A stretch of 64,000 nucleotides of DNA from NCBI GenBank assembly GCA_043732305.1, contig JAYTHU010000031.1:4739-68738 (forward strand), read 5' to 3'. How positions within the stretch are numbered: position 1 is the first letter of the stretch; every line of letters starts with the position of its first letter. This document shows, piece by piece, positions 59,044 to 64,000 of the stretch. This DNA comes from Oligoflexia bacterium (GTDB taxonomy: Bacteria > Bdellovibrionota > Bdellovibrionia > JABDDW01). The notes under the pieces are model-generated. The model was given only the letters and a program-made list of their open reading frames with translations, was not told the origin of the DNA and made no database searches. Both the position numbers and the translations under genes were made by a program.

Positions 59044-59481
59044 CTACTTAAACTCAGAGGATTTGGCAGCAGCCTTCTTTTTCTGATGGAATAAGTAAGG
59101 CAAAATAAATGCCAGGCCAACGTAGGTGTGCAGGCCCGTGACCAAATTTTTGAAATTTTCGTCAACTGCGTAAAGAATAAAAGGTACCGTCAAAGTTAGA
59201 AATCCCAGTATGGCGAGATTAAACAATCCTCCGCGTTTCCTCTCAACTCCTTTTAATCCCGGTTGAATGTGAACGCGGATGAAATACCCAAAGACAATCA
59301 AGAAAGCAAAACTCACAACCGCATGAGCTTTCAAAATCCAGATTCGCGAAGGCGGTGATTCTAATCCCATTCCGTAGTCGTGAGATAAAAATTTCTGCAT
59401 GAGCCAAACAATCAAACCCGTGACATAGAGTGCAAGAAAACTATAAATAAATATTTTCTTGAATCTCCCTTGAAGCTTCAT
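59044..59481 (-). CDS. hypothetical 4-TM membrane protein
   Basis: Four hydrophobic helices. Last gene of the ApbE/FMN_bind operon (4-nt overlap). Confidence 0.45.
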   Translation of the reverse strand: MKLQGRFKKIFIYSFLALYVTGLIVWLMQKFLSHDYGMGLESPPSRIWILKAHAVVSFAFLIVFGYFIRVHIQPGLKGVERKRGGLFNLAILGFLTLTVPFILYAVDENFKNLVTGLHTYVGLAFILPYLFHQKKKAAAKSSEFK

Positions 59482-60407
59482 GGGGCTATAAGTTCAGAGA
59501 ACAAATCCAAGGTTTGATCATCCTGGATTATATTTTCTGTGAGCAGTGTTTCATCATGGAAATATCTTTCCGCCACTTCGCCAAAGGAATCAAAAATCAA
59601 AATTTCAGATTTAAATTGATCGCAGGCTTTCTGAATTGTTGAAGGCGTGCCAAACAAGGCCACCTTGGTCAGAGCATCAGCTACGCTGCAGGTGTCAGCC
59701 AGCACGACGGCCGCATGATCACTCGTGAGATTCGCACGAAGCGGAAGTTCATATCTAGTGGTCGATTGTGCATTGTTTTTCGAAACCGTTAATGAACTTG
59801 TCGCAATGGCTTTAAAATGGGTTTCGATCTTCCGTAATACTGGGATATCATAATTTCCGAGTCGCAAATCGATCTGCGAATTCACTTTGTTAAAAAAGCG
59901 CATGTCGCCACCGGCATTCACTACTCCACTGACAAGCAAACTTTCAAATAGACCATTGGGAGCCACTCCACCAAAAACTTTCGACTCAGAAAAGATTCTC
60001 AAGAAATCTTTACTAGAAACAAGAGTCAAAATCTCCTCAACAACAGCATCGACAATAAAGCCTTTTGAAATTCCATCCAGATCGACAGAAAATCCAGCGT
60101 CTTTACGAACTCTAAAAACTGAATCCGTCTTTTCTTGGATATCCAAAGCCAATCCTAACAGAAGATTAAAATCTTGGTTGTTTTCTCGCCGCTCAAAAGG
60201 TTCATTTGAAAATCGAGAAAATATTTTTTCTAAGTTATGCGCCTTCTCAAAGGCCGCTGCAAAAATGGCATCGGCGAAAACTTCAGTGTCGAAAGTTGAA
60301 AAAAATCCTTCGGCTAAAGTAGAACCGGGCGCCAAATCGAGAGAGACTTGAAAAAACGTACCCAGCAAGGGTTTAGATCTTTTATATTTCTTGTTTAATG
60401 ATGTCAT
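59478..60407 (-). CDS. apbE: FAD:protein FMN transferase (ApbE family)
   Basis: KPLLGTFFQVSL (LMGT-type start), GISKGFIVDAVVE and NAGGDMRF are ApbE motifs. Confidence 0.65.
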   Translation of the reverse strand: MTSLNKKYKRSKPLLGTFFQVSLDLAPGSTLAEGFFSTFDTEVFADAIFAAAFEKAHNLEKIFSRFSNEPFERRENNQDFNLLLGLALDIQEKTDSVFRVRKDAGFSVDLDGISKGFIVDAVVEEILTLVSSKDFLRIFSESKVFGGVAPNGLFESLLVSGVVNAGGDMRFFNKVNSQIDLRLGNYDIPVLRKIETHFKAIATSSLTVSKNNAQSTTRYELPLRANLTSDHAAVVLADTCSVADALTKVALFGTPSTIQKACDQFKSEILIFDSFGEVAERYFHDETLLTENIIQDDQTLDLFSELIAP

Positions 60408-60912
60408 ATGATTCCAACACTCTCTTGACTCCCGCAGTGACGTGAGAAGAAGAAAGGGTAGCTCCGCTGATGTTTTTGATGTCTTTGTCGAGTTTGAAAA
60501 GAGCTGTTTTATCTTTTCCTACAAATTGATTTCTCCAAGCATCGCGCTTGATCTCATGCCCGTATGATTCTCGATATTCCAATATCTCAATGCCTTTGAC
60601 TTTACCTTTGGAAGTGATTCCCACGGCATAGGTGATCATCTCGTGTTTCCCGAGAGCCCGATCAATCACAACAACATCTTTATTTTTATTTTTCCAGACG
60701 GTGATTGTTTTATTTTTCACGGAATCATCAGATAATTTCTCAATCAAAGTGATCTGATTCGAAGTCAAAAGAATCTGACTCTTGACCATTTTCTGGCCGG
60801 GGAATATTAAATCCACAGCTTTGTGCTCAGTCATATAAATTTCGCAATGAGCAGTCACCGCGTACGCGGGTCCAAGTAGGCTGAGAACTAAAACTCCAGG
60901 CTTAGAAAACAA
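60382..60912 (-). CDS. FMN-binding domain protein (NqrC/RnfG/NosR-type FMN_bind), secreted
   Basis: Signal peptide. ISGATLSS flavinylation motif (S/T-G-A-T) in an FMN_bind-like domain. Adjacent to apbE. Confidence 0.65.
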   Translation of the reverse strand: MFSKPGVLVLSLLGPAYAVTAHCEIYMTEHKAVDLIFPGQKMVKSQILLTSNQITLIEKLSDDSVKNKTITVWKNKNKDVVVIDRALGKHEMITYAVGITSKGKVKGIEILEYRESYGHEIKRDAWRNQFVGKDKTALFKLDKDIKNISGATLSSSHVTAGVKRVLESYDIIKQEI

Positions 60913-60950
60913 GGTCCATCTCCTTTTCTAGAACTAATAAATAGCTAATA

Positions 60951-61874
60951 TCAATGTGCGTGAGAGTGCTCCGTGCCCAATGGAATTCCGAATGCCACCC
61001 GAAACTCAATATTCTCGTGTTGCCCCAGATGCGCATAAGAGCTGGTCACAGGAACACCATCATTACCAATACCGAGATTTCTCGGCCAGCCGGCAATTTG
61101 CGGCAACACAGTAACCGTCCACCAGTAGGCTTCACCACCATAATGCACATCTACCCCAGCAAAATAAGCCGAGTGTTCTTGGGTTTGAAGATTCATGTCC
61201 GTGAACTCCATATGATTTCTTAATTCGACCCCTAAAAACCAATTGTCATGAACGCGGTAATTTGCGCCCAACGTGAATTCTGCCCAGAGCTCTTTCGATG
61301 AAGCTCCATCGTTTATTTCCCACTCGGGTTCCAACATAAAATTAAATGCTGTAACCATCTGATCACCAAAGAAATCCTTTTGCAAAATTATTCTGGTCTC
61401 GAGTGATCTCTCGATTTTATCTTGCCCCGTCTGTTTGTCTCTGACTGCAACTTCAGGCTCGATATAAAAGCCTAGACCTACGCCGTCTTTATAAGGGCTC
61501 AATACACGATAAATGAATTCTACCGACACTCCATTCACATTGAATTCGTTTTTATCCGGCAGATTGTTTGAGATATCCTCTGGGAGATAAATGTTTTTTA
61601 GGTAGTTGTAAGAGCTATTTATATAGAAAGCGGCCTGAAATTTGTCAGTGACTCCGTATTCGAACTCATTTCTGAGATCGACTGCCGTGTAACTCCCGCG
61701 AGCCTTCCCAGTGCGCATGGTCTGCTTCTGTTCATACTCCCAGTGATCGGCAGGGGTCGTATCTAAAGTGTAAACGTAACCGAAGTAACCTTCGCTGGCA
61801 TGGGCTTTCTCAGAAAGCAGCAAGAGTGGTGATAAGAGTGCAAGCAGAGTCAAAATTGCGCGCGATCGGGCCAA
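60951..61874 (-). CDS. putative outer-membrane beta-barrel protein
   Basis: Signal peptide, alternating amphipathic strands with an aromatic-rich terminus. First gene of a 4-gene minus-strand operon. Confidence 0.4.
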   Translation of the reverse strand: MARSRAILTLLALLSPLLLLSEKAHASEGYFGYVYTLDTTPADHWEYEQKQTMRTGKARGSYTAVDLRNEFEYGVTDKFQAAFYINSSYNYLKNIYLPEDISNNLPDKNEFNVNGVSVEFIYRVLSPYKDGVGLGFYIEPEVAVRDKQTGQDKIERSLETRIILQKDFFGDQMVTAFNFMLEPEWEINDGASSKELWAEFTLGANYRVHDNWFLGVELRNHMEFTDMNLQTQEHSAYFAGVDVHYGGEAYWWTVTVLPQIAGWPRNLGIGNDGVPVTSSYAHLGQHENIEFRVAFGIPLGTEHSHAH

Positions 61875-62106
61875 TGGGAACCTCCATAAGTGATAGTTAC
61901 TATCATATAGCTTTAGTTGACCGTAAACTCAAACAGTGACGGCAATTATTGTCACTGAGTGTAACCATTTCATATCAACGGCGGTTTAACCCATTTTGGC
62001 GCTGGCACCTTCATTGCTTTATACCAAGCGAAAGACAAATTCTGAAACGGAAGCCGACTTCGGCACCGATCAGAGATGAATTAATTTTTAAAAAGCGAGG
62101 AAGTAT

Positions 62107-62775
62107 ATGGGTCTGTTTTCAAGTGTTGTGGGTGCGTTTCAACATGGCGGCATCTGGATGTGGGTTATTTTCGTAGCTCAAATGTTTTCTTTAGCCATCA
62201 TTGTAGAGAGAGTTTCAGCTCTGTACTTCAAACGTAACGACAAACAAAAAGCCGTGGCTCGTTTGTTCGAAGATGATATCCGCAAAGGCCAAATCGATAA
62301 AGTTCTCACTCGCGCCATGAAAATGGGCGATTCCGAAGCCATCACTCGCGTGATTCAAGTTGGAGCTCAAGCGTCTTTAGACATGGGTGGACGTGAAGAA
62401 ATTCAATCCCGCATGGATGAAGTTTTACTCGCAGAAAATTCTAAATTAGAAAAACGCACTGGATTTTTGGCGATGATCGGAAACGTCGGAACATTATTAG
62501 GTCTATTAGGAACCATCGTTGGCTTGATTGATTCATTTGCATCAGTGGCTAACGCTAACCCAATGGAAAAAGCCGCTTTGCTTTCCCAAGGTATTTCAAT
62601 CGCGATGCATTCTACCGCTTACGGGTTGATCATGGCGATTCCTGCTCTCGTGATGTACGCAGTTCTCACAAACCGAGCTAACGCACTTTCTGAAGATTTA
62701 AATCAAGCAGCACTCATGGTTTTCAACTGGCTCAGCTTTAACAATGAATCAGTCTCAATCAAAAAAGCTAGATAA
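62107..62775 (+). CDS. MotA/TolQ/ExbB-family proton channel
   Basis: 3-TM protein with LAMIGNVGTLLGLLGTIVGLI and AMHSTAYGLIMAIPAL blocks typical of TolQ/ExbB. Confidence 0.75.
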   Translation: MGLFSSVVGAFQHGGIWMWVIFVAQMFSLAIIVERVSALYFKRNDKQKAVARLFEDDIRKGQIDKVLTRAMKMGDSEAITRVIQVGAQASLDMGGREEIQSRMDEVLLAENSKLEKRTGFLAMIGNVGTLLGLLGTIVGLIDSFASVANANPMEKAALLSQGISIAMHSTAYGLIMAIPALVMYAVLTNRANALSEDLNQAALMVFNWLSFNNESVSIKKAR

Positions 62776-62793
62776 CCGGAAAAGGAGAAACTT

Positions 62794-63219
62794 ATGTCAC
62801 GCAAAAAAGAATTAGACTTCGAATTAAATATCATCCCGATGATCGATATTCTTTCCGTCTGCATCTGTTTTCTCCTGATGACTATCGTTTGGATTCAAGT
62901 GGGAGCAATAAAATCGGCTCAGAGTTTGGGTGGACAGGCAAAAACTGCCAAAACTAATCCCCCTGCTATTTGGGCCACTCTTACTCCTAGCGGAATGATC
63001 CAACTCGATTTGAAAGACGTTCCTAAGAACGAAAGATTTTCTAAACAAGTTCCGCTCTCGGCAGTGCCACAGGTAATGGCGTTTGTGAAAAGTCATGTTC
63101 CAACAATCAACACGGGTCTGGTGATGCCATCAAAGCTCACCGCCTATAGCGACATTATCAGCGTGATGGACCAAATGAAAAAAGTGGGAATCAAAGACGT
63201 AGGAATTTCGCCACTCTAA
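62794..63219 (+). CDS. ExbD/TolR-family protein 1
   Basis: ELNIIPMIDILSVCICFLL single TM, then ExbD-type periplasmic domain. 141 aa. Confidence 0.7.
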   Translation: MSRKKELDFELNIIPMIDILSVCICFLLMTIVWIQVGAIKSAQSLGGQAKTAKTNPPAIWATLTPSGMIQLDLKDVPKNERFSKQVPLSAVPQVMAFVKSHVPTINTGLVMPSKLTAYSDIISVMDQMKKVGIKDVGISPL

Positions 63220-63246
63220 TGAGTGATGAAAATAAAGGAATAGAAG

Positions 63247-63738
63247 ATGTTAGGTAGAAGTTTTTTAAAAGAACAAAGTCTAAAGGGATTGCTGAGCACC
63301 CAATCAATGCTCCGTCCTGAAAAGGCGGCCAAAAAAAAATCCATGATCTTCAGCATCATGCTGACATCTTTGGTCGACGCATTTTGTATTTTGGTTATAT
63401 TTCTTCTCACCAATGCCACTAATTCTGGCCAGCCTCTCGATTGGAAAGGCAAGTATCAACTACCTGGCGCCACACAAAGTGAAGCGCTCGGATTTGGAAC
63501 AGTCGTTAAAATTCAAGGCAGTGGCAGTTCCCTCACCTACTCGGTAGATAACAAACAGATCTCCATTGGAAATTTGGTCAAAGAATTAATCAGCATCACC
63601 AATAAAGAGAATCTCATAGTTCAGGCCGATCGCGGAACATCATATGAAGCGCTCAATCCTATTATTCTTGCCGCAGCTCACGCAGGATTTGAACACTTCC
63701 AATTTGCGGTCTTACCGACTCAAGTGGTAAGCAAATGA
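63247..63738 (+). CDS. ExbD/TolR-family protein 2
   Basis: FSIMLTSLVDAFCILVIFLL TM plus ExbD-like C-domain. 163 aa. 4-nt overlap with the next gene. Confidence 0.6.
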   Translation: MLGRSFLKEQSLKGLLSTQSMLRPEKAAKKKSMIFSIMLTSLVDAFCILVIFLLTNATNSGQPLDWKGKYQLPGATQSEALGFGTVVKIQGSGSSLTYSVDNKQISIGNLVKELISITNKENLIVQADRGTSYEALNPIILAAAHAGFEHFQFAVLPTQVVSK

Positions 63739-64000
63739 AAAATTTAGCACTGGGCCTTCTTACATTTTTAATGAGCACTCATATAAGTGTGCAAGCCCAT
63801 GCTGAAACTATGAATTTGGAATCGACAAATCTTGTCATCACCAAGCTTGAGCATCTCCTCACTTATACTCAAAACCAAGCAGATCAAAATGATTCCACCG
63901 GGAGCTCTTCAAAGATCGCTTTGAAGATGAGATTGGCAGATCTTTATTCTGATCGCGCTCGTTTAGAAGAACAGTTGCAACAAGTAGAAAAATCCAAGGC
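63735..64000 (+). CDS. secreted protein, 5' fragment (continues beyond window)
   Basis: ATG at 63735 followed by the signal peptide MKNLALGLLTFLMSTHISVQAHA. Open to the end of the window. Confidence 0.4.
   Translation, partial: MKNLALGLLTFLMSTHISVQAHAETMNLESTNLVITKLEHLLTYTQNQADQNDSTGSSSKIALKMRLADLYSDRARLEEQLQQVEKSK

Noticed and set aside
1-64000. Scan of all intergenic regions for tRNA T-loop (GTTCGAATC-like), rRNA or CRISPR repeat signatures.
   Set aside because: No matches were seen. The intergenic regions are short and promoter-like.

Overview
This window reads as a Gram-negative chromosome that is moderately AT-rich by eye. It is densely coded, carries Lol, Mla and Tol/Exb envelope systems and outer-membrane proteins, and has no rRNA, tRNA or CRISPR. 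Most of it is housekeeping and lipid or branched-chain catabolism, plus one IS200/RAYT-like HUH transposase.

The housekeeping set includes a partial dctA, scpB-scpA, trpS, icmF with an enoyl-CoA hydratase and hbd, a fadI/fadJ-type thiolase and FadB pair, maeB, hflX, plsC, msrA and a sensor histidine kinase.

Two regions stand out.

- **Region 19750-35045.** This looks accessory. A 7-gene minus-strand operon is made of a distinct secreted protein followed by five tandem paralogues of a novel secreted or lipoprotein family. The family has conserved Cys positions. It faces a sixth paralogue that overlaps a 983-aa Clp/Hsp100-like double-AAA+ protein. That ATPase has a degenerate D1 (GFGDRK in place of GVGKT), an intact D2, a hydrophobic N-terminal anchor and a ~400-aa novel N-domain. 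I could not assign the family or the system to anything described.

- **Region 49756-53205.** This looks like a zinc-sparing (Zur-type) island. It holds a His-rich ZIP transporter, L28, an S18 flanked by RGG/Gly-Arg-rich extensions, a Cys-poor L33 that the ORF track missed, a dihydroorotase-like paralogue whose first metal-site motif is altered, and a stand-alone long S14.

Other notable items:
- a stand-alone RelA/SpoT synthetase-domain protein;
- a 25-bp perfect inverted repeat immediately after the ACAD stop;
- an Mla-like ABC system with a degenerate ATPase next to an FtsX-type permease;
- an ApbE/FMN_bind/outer-membrane module;
- a TolQ-TolR-TolR triplet;
- tandem repeats in several divergent promoters.
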